A DNA stretch of 64,000 nucleotides, taken from NCBI GenBank assembly GCA_904063045.1, contig CAJFCJ010000006.1, forward strand, positions 4,232,408-4,296,407, in the 5' to 3' direction. Below, one piece after another: positions 13,287 to 26,177 of this stretch. The notes beneath the pieces are model-generated. The model was not told the DNA's origin and made no database searches. It worked only from the letters and a program-made list of their open reading frames with translations. The translations under genes and the position numbers were made by a program. Each line of letters begins with the position of its first letter. Position 1 is the first letter of the stretch. The DNA is from Dimorphilus gyrociliatus. Taxonomy: Eukaryota > Animalia > Annelida.

Positions 13287-15108
13287 ATGAAGGTTTTAGC
13301 TGTGTGTTTAGCTTTATTTGCTGCTTCTCTCGCCCAAGTAGATTATGAAGGGTTAGTTGAAGAGTGTTGTTGTAAGATTCTCAATCATATTGAATTATAA
13401 TTTTCAGATATCATTTGGTGAATGTAGTTCCTGAAACTCCCGAACAAGTTGAATGGTTGCTTTATTTGGATGGTAAAGATGGTGTACGTTTTCTTATTCA
13501 TATCATTATTTTTCTATTGCCAACACCATCCTGTTTATTTTAGATTGACTTTTTGAAAAGTACTCATCAAGTCGGTAATGCCGCTGAAATTATCATCCCA
13601 AAAGATCAAGTTTCAAGAACTTATTATCTCTTTTCTAAGACCAATATGAGATACTTCACTGCATCAACCAATGTTGCAGAGTAATATATAATTGTTATAT
13701 TTATAAATTACCTCTCTCCTTCTTATCATATTAATCTTTCATCAGTGATTTGAAGAGAAATTTCCTTATGAGAAACGATAAACCAAAAGTTTTTAACATC
13801 AACGATTTCAATACTTTTGAAGACATCCTTGCTGGTTTGGATGATTTTGTTGCCAGATGCCCAAGCGGTGCTTCCTGTACTTTGGAAGATATCGGTGATA
13901 CTGTCGAAGGAAGACCAATCAGACTTTTGAAAATTACTAAGCCGGGAGATCGTAAAATTGTTTGGTTCGATTCCGCTATCCACGCCAGAGAATGGTTGGC
14001 TCCAGCTACCAATTTGAAATTGTTGGATGTCGTAAGTCAAAATTGAATGAAAATTAGATTTCCAACGTTGAATCATATTGGTACAATTTAAAAAAAAACA
14101 GATAATTTCCCAACAAGATTCCAACGCCGTCTCTCTATTTAACAAATACGATTTCTATTTCGTCATTATTATGAACCCAGATGGTTACGTTTACAGTTGG
14201 CAAGATTCCGATACTGTTTGTACTTTGATATATTTACAATTAACAATCATTTTCCATGAGATATTTTCATCTTTTAGAGATTATGGCGTAAGAATAGAAG
14301 CCCTAACGTTGGATCTTCATGTGTTGGTACTGATTTGAACCGTAACTATGATGCCAACTGGCTTAGTGAGTAATGACACTTTATAATACAAATATCATAT
14401 TAAATTTGAACTAAACTCAATAGGCGATGGAACTTCAACCAACCCATGTTCTTTTACTTATGGTGGAACTTCTGCTGCATCTGAAAAAGAAACTCAAGCC
14501 GCTCAAGTTTGATACTTTTAATTTTACTAAAATATTCATATAATAGTAAATGTGTCATAACCGTTTTTCTCAGAATTACCTAAGATCAATTGGTAGCAGA
14601 GTCCTTTCTTTGACATCTATTCACACAACTGCTGAAATGATCCTTATCCCTTATGGACACACTGATGACAACGGAGAGTGTGTTATTCCAGCAGATCATC
14701 AAAAACAAATGAGTGCAGCCAATGCTTTTGCAGATGCCATTGAAAACACCTTTTCCACCAGCTGGTAATGTTAAGTAAAATTTACCTTATTTATTTTTAA
14801 TAAAACAATATTTTCATTCATTGTCTAGGAAAAGAGGAACAGCTTGTCTTACCATCTGTATGTTTAATTTATTTCGATATTTTTCAATAAGATCTTTATT
14901 AATTTGTAAATAATTTAAAGATCCGGCCTCTGGAGCAACTATGGACTACGCCTACGACAAAGCTGGTATCACATACGCTTTCACACCTGAACTCCGTGGA
15001 CCTGGATTTGATCCACCAGCAAGTGCAATCCAACTAAGTTTCCAAGAAGTTTGGAATGGCGTTGTTGCTACTATTGCTAAAATCGAAGAATTAGAATCAA
15101 TGAACTGA
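13287..15108 (+). CDS. Secreted metallocarboxypeptidase (M14A, carboxypeptidase A-like), copy 1, multi-exon
   Basis: Signal peptide [16 protein letters not shown], prodomain, zinc ligands HAREW and SIH, NRN substrate motif, [10 protein letters not shown] (Tyr248; hydrophobic Met at position 255, CPA-type), catalytic Glu in PELRG, stop TGA at 15106-15108. Confidence 0.95.
13746..14367 (+). repeat. 622-bp near-identical block, inverted copy at 28163-28784
   Basis: Manual alignment with the reverse complement of 28163-28784: no indels, two introns (14032-14101, 14216-14277) identical, differences confined to exon codons. Confidence 0.93.
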
Positions 15109-15825
15109 AAAACTTTTAATATCTATAAATAGAAGAAAAATAAACTTTATACCATACTAAAGATATTCTTTTAAGAACACTTAAATATAGTAATTACGTA
15201 GAAGAATCATTACACTTCTCTTTTCATATGTATTTATTGATTTACATGGATTCTTATATCTACCTATTTCAAATTGAATAGATTAGATTTTTTCTAATTT
15301 ATCGATAGATGGAGCTATAATCTTCTTGCATTATATATTATCAAATAAGATAATAACACGCTCCAAGAGATTTGTCTATTTGTTTCCTGTTATTTAGTAA
15401 TTAACGTTAATGAGTTGGTATTCTTCTTAGGTACTTTGGTTCGGCGAATATAGATCATAAAAAAAGCAAACTAAGATCCTTTGAAGTTTACTTTGATGAC
15501 TAAAATACCAAAAAGACCAAATTCTTTTTTCTTACTAAATACTCTATAAAAAGCTTCATGATGATGATGAAAAGCCTATATATATATATATAAATTTAGA
15601 TGTTAATAACCTAAAGGAGCATTAGATTTTTCCACAAACGAAATATTGACGTTATCTTTTAAGGAATATGTGAAAGGAATTTTTTAATTTAATGAAATAT
15701 TTTAATAATTTACATTATTTGAATTTTTGTAACATTTTACATCAATTTAACATTTTTATAATATGATAGCTTTTTTGAACAGGCTTTAAATTGAAAATAT
15801 TTATGGCGGGAAAGAAAACGTAGAT

Positions 15826-15839
15826 GTTGTCATGACAAC
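15826..15839. promoter_or_regulatory. Perfect palindromic RFX X-box-like motif GTTGTCATGACAAC
   Basis: 14-bp palindrome matching the RFX X-box consensus (GTTGCCATGGCAAC type), about 300 bp upstream of the ZDHHC start. Function not demonstrated. Confidence 0.5.
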
Positions 15840-16132
15840 TAGTGTAATACTCCGCTTTGTATATTATTTTTTGATAGAATATTTTCTGTCTAAATTTTAA
15901 ATTAAAAAGTACTAAAAAAACTAGAAAAGTTTAATTTTCATTTGTCTGTAAATGCTTATATTTTCGAAAAATTATATAAGTATAAAAGGTATGGTGCACT
16001 ATATTAAAAATCTAGCGGAATGTTACGGTAATGCGGCATCTAAATTCGAATATGCTCTAAATCAATTACTTCAGAATTAAGATTAATGTTATTGTTGTCT
16101 AATTTTCTTGTCTGTTATAAAGGCATTTTAAA

Positions 16133-19100
16133 ATGGTAAGTTATTTTACAAGTTCTATCAATCATGGATTCACCGTTATTTTTGAACAAACGTGAACGAT
16201 AATATATATGTATTATCATTTCATTCATAAACAAATGGTTTAACAGCCCGATGCCCGCCAAAATCGAAGAAATGGATGGAGTTGGCCTCTTCATCCATTA
16301 CAGTTCGTTGCATGGATATCTGTCGTTTATTTATGCTTAGTTTACTACTTGACTATTATTCCTGGAGTCCTGGAAAGGTGGTCTCCAGCAGCATATGCAG
16401 TGAGTAGGCCTAAAATTTTTGAAGATAATAATATCTTTAAAGCTATAAAATATCAATGATGAATTTGTCATTTTAGGTATTCTCAGTTTTCTTAGTGGGA
16501 CATATCATTTCTCATATTGCCGCTTGTACAATAAATCCAGCTGATCCGGCAATATTAAAGAGGAATATAACTGAAGTACCGGGTAGCTTTGATAGGCAGA
16601 TTCATAATCACGTAATAGAAAATTGCTACTGTTATTTATGCGAAACAAAAGTGTAAGTTGAAATTAGCTATTATACAGTGTAAAGGAGAAATTATAAATC
16701 GAATACTTACTTATTTTCTCCGACATTCTTCTCTCCAGAGGTTCAAAGAGTAAACACTGTTCCGCATGCAACAAATGCGTTTCCGATTTTGACCATCACG
16801 TAAGTAATCATTCTATACTCTCTCGACTATGTACAAGTTTTATATTTCTTTTACAAACAGTGCAAATGGTTGAATAATTGTGTTGGAGATCGAAATTACA
16901 AGTTTGTCATATTTTTCTTATTATATTATCATATTTATCTCAACAATAACTCAACTCTTCCAATTCATAATTTTCAATTGATCCGTGGCAGCCATATTTG
17001 CGCTATAGAATTATGAATGTGAAACCGCTAGTTCACTTTTTAATTAATTATTTACTTAATATCTAATATAATATAGTCTACATTTTTTACAAAATTTAAA
17101 CTGTAGGCCTACACATCTTAGAAGTATGTATACACAAAAAATTTATTCTCTATACGTTTCATTATACTCCTTTCTCTATGAAAAGTATGCGAGAATAATA
17201 AAAAAAAGCACTTAGTAGTCTATTTTATTAGTTTTATATGCAGTATATCTTTAAGCGTATAGGAGAAATTGAATTCCCAAATGTTTATGTCTTTTAATAT
17301 TAGAATAAAGGTGAAAAAACTTAATAAAAACAAAAGTAGTACTATGTTAATGGAACGTGGGAAATATTGAAAAGAGAGATAATATTTATATTGTAAAATA
17401 CTTTACGTTTTTTAGACACGATTTCATATTTTTAGACTTTACTTGTTATAACTTATCCACTGTATATATTATGTCACCATTTATTAATACTAATAAATTA
17501 CAACAGGTTGTTTATCGTGGTGCTAGTTACAAGTATTGTTGGTTGTTTATACGTATTCGCAATTTGTTTGCTCCAATTTATTGCTTATTTTACGGATAAA
17601 GGAGAAGGCAAAATACTTCGATTTTACGCTGGTAATAAAAATTATTTCTTTATTATTTACAAATTCTTAGGAAATTTCTGTTTTTCTTCTTTTTTTGATT
17701 TGCTAATTTTTGCTTTTTAAAAAAAGAAATACATTTTTACTTTATTTTTAAATGATTTGCTTTTTAATTAACAGAAAGTGTCGCTGGTAACGCTAATATC
17801 GATTCGGCAGTGTTGAAACGCTGTTCGTGTATTCTTTAGAAATATTTTTAACTAAACCTATATAATTAAAAAATCTTTTCTCATTGCTAAGAATAACCCA
17901 TATCCTTACCCCTGCAGCAGATGGCGTTTCGCAGAATATAACTAATGGAAGTAACCCAGAATGTAAGTAATCCGAATAAAAATAAAAGACATACATACAT
18001 ACATATATATACTAATATATATATATGTATTTATATATTAATGGAGATAGTTTTCAATTGAAAAGGGATTTTTTTAATATATCTTTCTATATAATGACAG
18101 AAAATTATAGTTTATATAACAAAGTGTATATTTAAAAAACAACAACAACAAAAAACAAGATGAAAAAATAAGAAAGAGATAAAATAGCTTAATGATATTT
18201 GAAAGAAAAGACTATACAAGGCGTATACTTACCTGAAAAGGAAAATGCTTTCCTTTATATAAAATGGGAGGAATGGATTGTTTAATTTTCACTTTGTTTT
18301 CTTTTTCTACTCTTTTCTAGATGATTTTAAAATATTTTATGCGAAAGTACCGGGTCCTGCTTGGTTATCAGTTATCGCCATAACGGCTTGTTTAACAATA
18401 GCTGGAATAGCATCTATCAGTCATCTTTTCATCTTTCATGTCTTCCTATACTGTAAAGGTTTATCTACGTATGAGTATATTGTACAAGAAAGGAAAAAAT
18501 CTGAGGAAAAGGCTAGAGAGAAGAACGTTGAGATTAACGCTTCCGAGTTAGAAATGAATAAACGACCAGTAAGTCTACTTGATTTTCACATCACGTTCAT
18601 TACGCTTATACAACTCTTCCTTAGAAAAATAAGGTTGTTCCGGAGACAAGTATTGATGAAACAACTTGTGATGGAACGGCGCGAATATCTAAGAAATATA
18701 GAACAGGGAATAGACCAAAGTTAAAAACGGATGCGAGTATTTTTAGGGAACAAAAACAAATAGAAGAAGATGAGAAGGGTATGGACGATAATTTTGATAT
18801 CATTGATAAAAAGACCAATGTAAGTGACTGAATGGAAATAGCAAATCTCTTTCTATATATAATGACTATTTCTGTATTATACTTACAAAAAATATCCTCC
18901 TTTTTAAGTCAAATTTGCTAATGCAAAAGCTAATTATCCTCTAATGATACATATGTATGTATATTTTAATATAGGACAAGGTCGAGGAAACTGAAATAGT
19001 TAATGAGATTAATGATGATTGTAAAGTGCTTGTCAAGGGAAAGAAAAAGCGGAAGAGGAAGAAGAAAAAGGTTCCTGATATAGTAGCTTCAAATTTACCT

Positions 19101-20470
19101 GCCTTACGTATGTATCTATATTATATACCTTTACAAATATGAATATTGAATATCTGTATTATGTTATTTACATATTTATATATTTATTTCGCATTTTAAC
19201 TTCCCTTCGTATCCAATTAATAATTAGATAATTATAATTTTCTATTACGCAACTCTTACTTAAAAAGCGAATATAAAACAAGAATAACTATACAGAAAGT
19301 GAACGTGAAGGGGAAGTTACCCTTCAGCCACCAAGGACGATTCTTAATCCAGGCGGAGATAATAGATCTGACTCAGGTGAAGGATAATAAAAAGTGTACT
19401 AATACTGTTATAGCTTTAAAGAGATCTATACTCAGCTTAATGATTATCTGGCTAATACTAAAAATACACTGTATGTGCAAAACTTTACTGGCAGATACAA
19501 GTATATACTGTATTTATCTGTATAAATCTTATTTCTTATAAACTATTAGACATATCTTCTTCGTTAGGTTAGCAACTAGTAAATGCTAATTATTCAGTTT
19601 GCACAGAGATAACAATATCAACTAGAACAACAAACTTATTTATCTTTTTCATAATCTTTGTTTCTCCCTCTCTATCTCCTCCTCTCTTCCCACTTATCTG
19701 TCCGTAGACCTTTTATTTAACTTATTGTTTTATTAGCATCACTCTCCAAAAAGAGATATATATCAAAAAAAATTTTCCATCTTTAACCTTCCCGCCATCT
19801 TCTTTTCTTTAGTCTAATTGTTTAACTAACACACTTAATTTTAATAATTAATAATGGAAAATTCCTAGGAATTTTCTTTAACAATTTAATAATGTACTGT
19901 TCTTTTCATCTTTAATATTTTTGGGGATTGATGATTCTACTTTAAAATACGTCATTCTTCTTTATGAGAATGCAATGTTGTGAGCTTAATTGTTGATTCT
20001 AAATGCTTGTTTTCTTTTATTATTTGCTTCTAATTTTTCAGTTGAAGTGGTCGTTTGATATATTCATCAATTTTTCTTTTAAATATAATGCAGGTGTGTC
20101 GACAGTCTACTCGCCGAAAGGATATGAAAAGGTACCTCCGCTAAATCTTTCACCGTCTCCAAGACCACCAAAAGCTATAAGAACAGAAGATTATCATTCC
20201 GGTAGTGCTGAAAGTTTAAGAGAGATTAAACCAAAACCTCAAAATCCACTATTAGCGAGAGCACTTGATGGGACAATAGCCAGTATAGACTCATTCGAAG
20301 GTGAATACATAAGATCAGCTAGGAAATCTTCCATTAGTGCCAACAACGAATTAATGGACAGCCAATATTTAAGAAATGCTGCAAAAGAAAATCATAGTAT
20401 TCCCCATTTGGATCTCTCGACATTAGATAGTGATGAAGAAAGGAGAAGAAGACGTTCCACCCAAAAGTAA
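16133..20470 (+). CDS. DHHC palmitoyltransferase, ZDHHC1/ZDHHC11-like, multi-exon
   Basis: RRNGWSWPLHPLQFVAW N-terminal motif typical of ZDHHC1/11; Cys-rich domain SKHCSACNKCVSDFDHH|CKWLNNCVGDRNY with DHHC split by an intron; LSTYEYIVQER after TM4; long disordered C-tail ending at 20470. First coding exon appears to be only ATG (16133-16135). Confidence 0.87.
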
Positions 20471-21354
20471 AAAGACATACGTCAATATTGCTCAAAAATG
20501 AAATTACACAATATAAAATCTACATTTAATGTTTTTATATACACTATACAAATATATACATATTTTATTATTTGATTTATTACTCTTCATTTATTTTTTT
20601 TTAAAAAAACAAAAAAAATAAAACTAAGAAATAATCTCATGTTAGTCGGCAAACAAATCAATTTTTCATTAAATCAAACAATTACATTGTTTACAATATT
20701 TTCATAAATTACATAAAATAATTAATAAACTATTTATTCATTTCTTTTTTATATTAATTAAGAGTCTTTGATATTCGTGACATTAGTGAAAAGATTTGAA
20801 TTTGAGAGAAAGGAAGAGAGAATGTAAACGTTAAACAAAGTAATAGAAAACAATCAGGAGGACAGAGAGAGAGAGAGAGAAATAATAATAAATAGGAACA
20901 AAATAGCAAATTTTACCACACCCTTAGGTTTAAAAATGTACTGAAATTTGACTTTGAGAGAAGACTATCAATTATAAACTCTTCTAACATTTTCAAGGAT
21001 AATTGATGCAATAAAATATTCCTTTTCATGTTGAGTAGTATAGGCCGTAAAAATAACATATTCAACTGTAGTATATTAAATCATAAGATAAATTATCTAA
21101 CTGTTAATTTTCTTATGAAAAGCACAAACTTGATGGGGAAAAATGGAGAAATTTGCTTAATCCTGGATATTTTCACAAGGAAATGCCACATATCCTCATC
21201 AGCTCTACCCTTCTCTCCTTCTTACCCTTTTTGTACTAATATTTTATCTTTTATATCGCGTATATAAAGCGTATATACAGTGTGTATTATATATTCTTGA
21301 TGTATCTATAAGTACATATACTATTATATACCCTCAATTTCTTTTTCTTTCTTG

Positions 21355-21379
21355 CTCTCTCTCTCTCTCTCTCTCTCTC
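21355..21379. repeat. (CT)n microsatellite
   Basis: Direct reading; similar tracts at ~1763-1788 (GA)n, 22265-22292 (CT)n, 22678-22701 (TA)n and ~54158-54190 (AT)n. Confidence 0.95.
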
Positions 21380-22256
21380 CTTTCCGCTTTTCGATTTCAC
21401 CTCTTTGTCATTTCTCAAAAAATATAAATTAAGTGGTTAGTGGAGGGGATAATTTTTTTAATATTTCTATTAGCGATACAAAAATCGATCCAACCGATTT
21501 ATATCGAACAAACGATTTCAAATTAAGCAGAACACTCCTTCCACCAAAAAATTCTTGTATATTTTCCTAACATGTTTTTTCTTTCTCTCTTTTTGAACAG
21601 AAACATTCTGATCTAGATAATGAAGAAAACACTTCAATTATCAATTCATTTCATTTACAGACTGTAAATTTTATTGATATAATGAATGACAAGTAAAAGA
21701 ATAAAAACTACTATTGATAAATTTTCCTTAGGAACCTTTATAATACAAAAGACGTTGTCATCTAATACCAATCAACTCACAATAACCTTTATCTATGACA
21801 TTTTACGTTCTCTTTATCCATATCTGTTTATTATTGATAATTTATTAATTATCTTTTCTCCTAATTAATTTGTTCAATAATATATTTGGTTATAAGAGGA
21901 GAATTCTTTTGTTTATCATAAAATTGTAATAATAATAAATGAAAAGATAGAAATATTCAACATTATAGCCTAGCTATAAAAAACCATAGGGAATATAAAG
22001 AAATAATTACTTCGTTAAATAAGAACTTATCAGAAGTTATAAGATATTTTCAAATAAATCAACTTAATTAAGAAAGTAGTAGAGAGAGAAAGCAAAGAAA
22101 AAACAAAAGGAAAATGCAGTAGGTTACGTTATAAATGAACAAAAAATGTTACATTTTCTAATATATTGTACGCAAGATGGCATTAAACTTTGTGTATATA
22201 TAAATTTATATATATTTTTTTTTGTTTTCATTGATTTATTGAGTATATTCGTTTCC

Positions 22257-22293
<37 letters not shown>

Positions 22294-23939
22294 AAAATAT
22301 CATGTAAATTGAAAATTATATATCTTACAATAGTTCTCCAACGACAAATATGGATATAAAGAGAGAAAGATTTTAGTTGTATTTAATTCATACACTAAAC
22401 CTTTCAGTATTGTCACGAAAAAATATAATATTCCTATATAAAACATATATAATAACATTTGAATTAATTATTTCAATATCATAAATGATAATACACAAAA
22501 AGGCTCTTTTTCATGTTTTCTTTTTTCTCTTAGCGTTTGACAAACTATAAGTTTTCTAAAGCAAGAAAAAATCAATGATCTAGCATTGATTATCATCTAA
22601 ATTTTTTATTAATAAATTGCTTATTCTCACTTATCAAGTAGCTAAAATAAACTAGAGTTATAATCTTCACAAACTATGTATATATATATATATATATATA
22701 TAAGCACTTAAAGAAAATAAATATTATCAGTATTAACTAACTTAGCTTTGAAAAATATGGCAGGTTTAAAAAATTTTTGGTTAAAGGATTAAGAGACCGA
22801 AAGGATTACTCAAGCCTATATAATAGGCTAATTGAATAAAGAGTGTCAGTATTTTAGTTACATGATCTTTTATATATAGTTTACAAAGATACTGCTCTAT
22901 TTTTAGATTTACTTGTATATTGAGATTATTTATAAGCCTAACAATTATGTTTTGTTTGTAGTATAGTTGCAAAAAAACAAACTAATAATCACCTATTGTC
23001 AAAATATAACAACGATCGGCTGTAAAAACTCATTTAGACTTATTTTTTAAGTGATTTATTAATCGCTTATCAACGTATGACATAGCTACAAGTTATAAGT
23101 TCCTATTAAAAGTATAAGCATAAATCATATATTGGAAAAAATTATCCTTAATTTAAAAATATGTCAATCATTCTAATTAATAATAAAACAAGAGTAAAAC
23201 AAAAAAACAAACAAAAAACTATAAACCTAATCTAATTAGCTTAATTTAATTTCGATGAACTAGATATAGGTTGAAATTTAGTAAGTATACAAAGTTTTAT
23301 TCTCTCTTAAATGAACTCTCGATTTTTGTTTACGCTTATTATATAATGAAAGAAGATAGAGTAAATATAAACAAGCACGAAATATAAAATGTTTGTATTT
23401 TCATTGTTTTATTATATATTTATATAAAAGAGATATTTACTTAATCTTTTTGTTTTAACATTGATTAATACTGAAGGAAGTAAAAATACAGGATTTATAG
23501 ATAAACAAAAATTTGCATATATTGTATTTCACATACCTAAAAGTTCTCTTTCTCTCTTTTTAGTTTAAACAAACAAATGATATATTTAGTTCAATTGTAG
23601 AATTCCTCCGTATCAAGTTAATTCTGGTATTTTTTTTATATTTTATAGTTTTGAACTCTATATGAAAAAATACTTAGGACTAATACTGATACAGTAAAAA
23701 TGAATTATGACAATAGAGATATAAAAAAAACTAAGTGTAATAAAATCAAAAGAAAGAGAGGATACTTTTTCATTATTTCTTTCTGTTGCTTTTTTTTTAA
23801 TAAAAAAAAAACATTTATTAATAAAAAGTTGAAAAATTTATAAGGCTTGAAGAGTTGAAAAACGGGGAGTGAGTTCTTTTTGTGAGTGTTTGTGAGGGGA
23901 GGAGGGGGGGAGTGGAAGGGTGGCGTAGGGGATTTAAAC

Positions 23940-24509
23940 CTAGTATGCTGATTCAACTTTTAAGCCGGGTATTCCAGAACGTGAATAAAACGTATCCCTT
24001 ACTAAGCAGGTTCTTCCATGTATTGGTTTCGGTGGACTAGGTATATTCTCATTCATTTTCCAACCATATTCCCATGACGAGCAAACTTGGTAGTGATATT
24101 TTACATCGGGACCTGGTATGGTTCTCTCTCTTAGGTACAACCACCTACCTTTAGATTCTTTTGAAATACCATCGTATAATAAACCTTTTACCCGAGGTTG
24201 AACATAGTTCATTGTTTCGTATTGTTGAAAATCACTTCCAGGTTTAGCTGTGTCAATACTTATCAGTGGAGGTCGGCTTTTCTTTTTGTTAAATCGAGCT
24301 TCTGGGGCGTCCTTTACTCTCTGCATAGCTGGACCAGGTTTAGGGGCGGCTAATTCCAATTTCTTCTTGTAAACTTCGAATTGCCTAGACCTTACTGGTC
24401 CAGACTTTTGCCTATCTTCAAAAGCTGATAAACGGGCTGCTCTTTCTTTATCATAAGTTTCCGTCATCGACGAAATAAGAGCCGTAGTCATTGGTTTTTT
24501 ATCCCTCAT
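23940..24509 (-). CDS. SPMIP1: Sperm/ciliary microtubule inner protein 1 (ATP6V1FNB family)
   Basis: 189-aa single-exon ORF with LLYDGISKESKGRWLYLRER...YHYQVCSSWEYGW, matching the family signature LLYEGIS...GRY.YL..R...P..SF.YGW. Confidence 0.8.
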   Translation of the reverse strand: MRDKKPMTTALISSMTETYDKERAARLSAFEDRQKSGPVRSRQFEVYKKKLELAAPKPGPAMQRVKDAPEARFNKKKSRPPLISIDTAKPGSDFQQYETMNYVQPRVKGLLYDGISKESKGRWLYLRERTIPGPDVKYHYQVCSSWEYGWKMNENIPSPPKPIHGRTCLVRDTFYSRSGIPGLKVESAY

Positions 24510-26177
24510 CCTCTTATTTATGTTTTCAATCTATTTTCATTTAACTTTGTATTCGAACTGTTCAAATCTTTTTGTTGAACTCCTTAGAAACCGTGACGCT
24601 GTGGATCACATGACTAATATCACGTGACTAGAGGCTATTGGCTTGTTGGCTAAGAAGAGCATACAGCTTGAAGTAATCTATTATTGCTATCTTTTGTAGA
24701 CCACTTTACCTGCATGAATGGATCAAAGAGATCAATAAATATTGATTTTCTCTCATCGATTATCCCATAATATTCAAATAAGATATTCTGAATATCTTGT
24801 TGACTATAATTACATCTATTGAATGTACATGTTTTTTATTATTAATACAGCTCGGTAATACAAATACTATCAACTTTTAACTGAAAGAAACATTCAAAGT
24901 ACAGTCGAACAGCTAGTTAATTAATAAGAGTCACCTTACTTGATTACTATTTACCTTTCAAATACTTATATAAATAATCATAAAATATTATAAAAAGAAA
25001 TGTATAACATTAACAAAAGAAAGTCACTGTTAGGTCATTAAAGGGAGTAATCTGTCTCTTTTCATGAAATACACGTTAATTGAGTTCAATCAATATATTT
25101 AAATATCCCTAACTTCATCTTTTTCTCTGATATTTTTCATCCTTCTTTTCGTCATTTTAGATATTTGAAAGGGGATGAGGATGACGGGCTAAGAGTAGGA
25201 AGAAAAAAACTTAAGCTACTATCAGTTACGCAAACAAAAAGACTTAATTTTATCGTTTAGAAGCTGAGATAACAATAGGAGACATCTGAAAAAAGATATC
25301 CCAATGGAATAGGATGTTTGAGCTCGAAAGGCAGACTATTTCTAGGAAATTGAGCAAAAGTAGCTAGCTAAATTAGCTTAATTATAATTGCTCTTCCGTT
25401 GAATTATATTAATTATGATAGCTATCTTATTAAGAAATATAATCGATTAAGATGACACCTAGCGGATATAAATAAATATTCTATTATAACTGAATCTGTT
25501 TTATAAATTTTCTGTATAGATTTTAGTCTGAGACAAATGTCAATATGAACCTATTGCCTAGATAAAGATAGTTCGGCCTTGCTCTAATAGTTTGCCGATC
25601 AAGATCAACGTTCTCTGTGTCATCATCCTAACATTCATGATCTCTTTACAACTATGTCTATATCGAGACGATACGCTATCGAGATAAGGAACAATCATCT
25701 TTCTATTATTCTTTATAAAGAATAAACAACAAATAGACTCCTTTGTTGTGCATTGTTCTATTAACCTTATCTAAACTCATTCGGACAACTAATTAAATTC
25801 ATTTTTCTTCTCCTTGCTTCTCTCTTAAATAAAATAGTCCAATTTATATGTATATAAACTATGTACAGTTATCGATCTTTAATAATATCATCGTTTCGCT
25901 CTTCGTATAACTCTCGTGCAAAAAAAAACAACTTTCGAATTCTAAATGATTGCTATTGTTTTTTTAATAAAAGAAATTATAAGAGATGTTATCTCTCTCA
26001 ACAATACCTGTGTGAAAAAGTAATTTCATTGTCTAGGCTTACATTTTGATGTTCCATATATTCTCACAAATGCAATTAACTTTATCGTTAAAATATTCTT
26101 TATATAAATTAATTGTCTAACCTTCTAACTCTAACTTGGTAGAGGATCTCGATAGTAGATAGATCAAAAAAGAAAGA

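Noticed and set aside
13726-14145. Near-identical shadow ORFs at 13726-14145 and 28385-28810
   Set aside because: Antisense frames of the duplicated carboxypeptidase block that run through introns; their similarity just reflects the DNA repeat.
20471-23700. 3-kb gene-free stretch with several short ORFs and microsatellites
   Set aside because: The ORFs are low-complexity AT-rich with no motifs, and no repeat structure or ncRNA signature could be supported.
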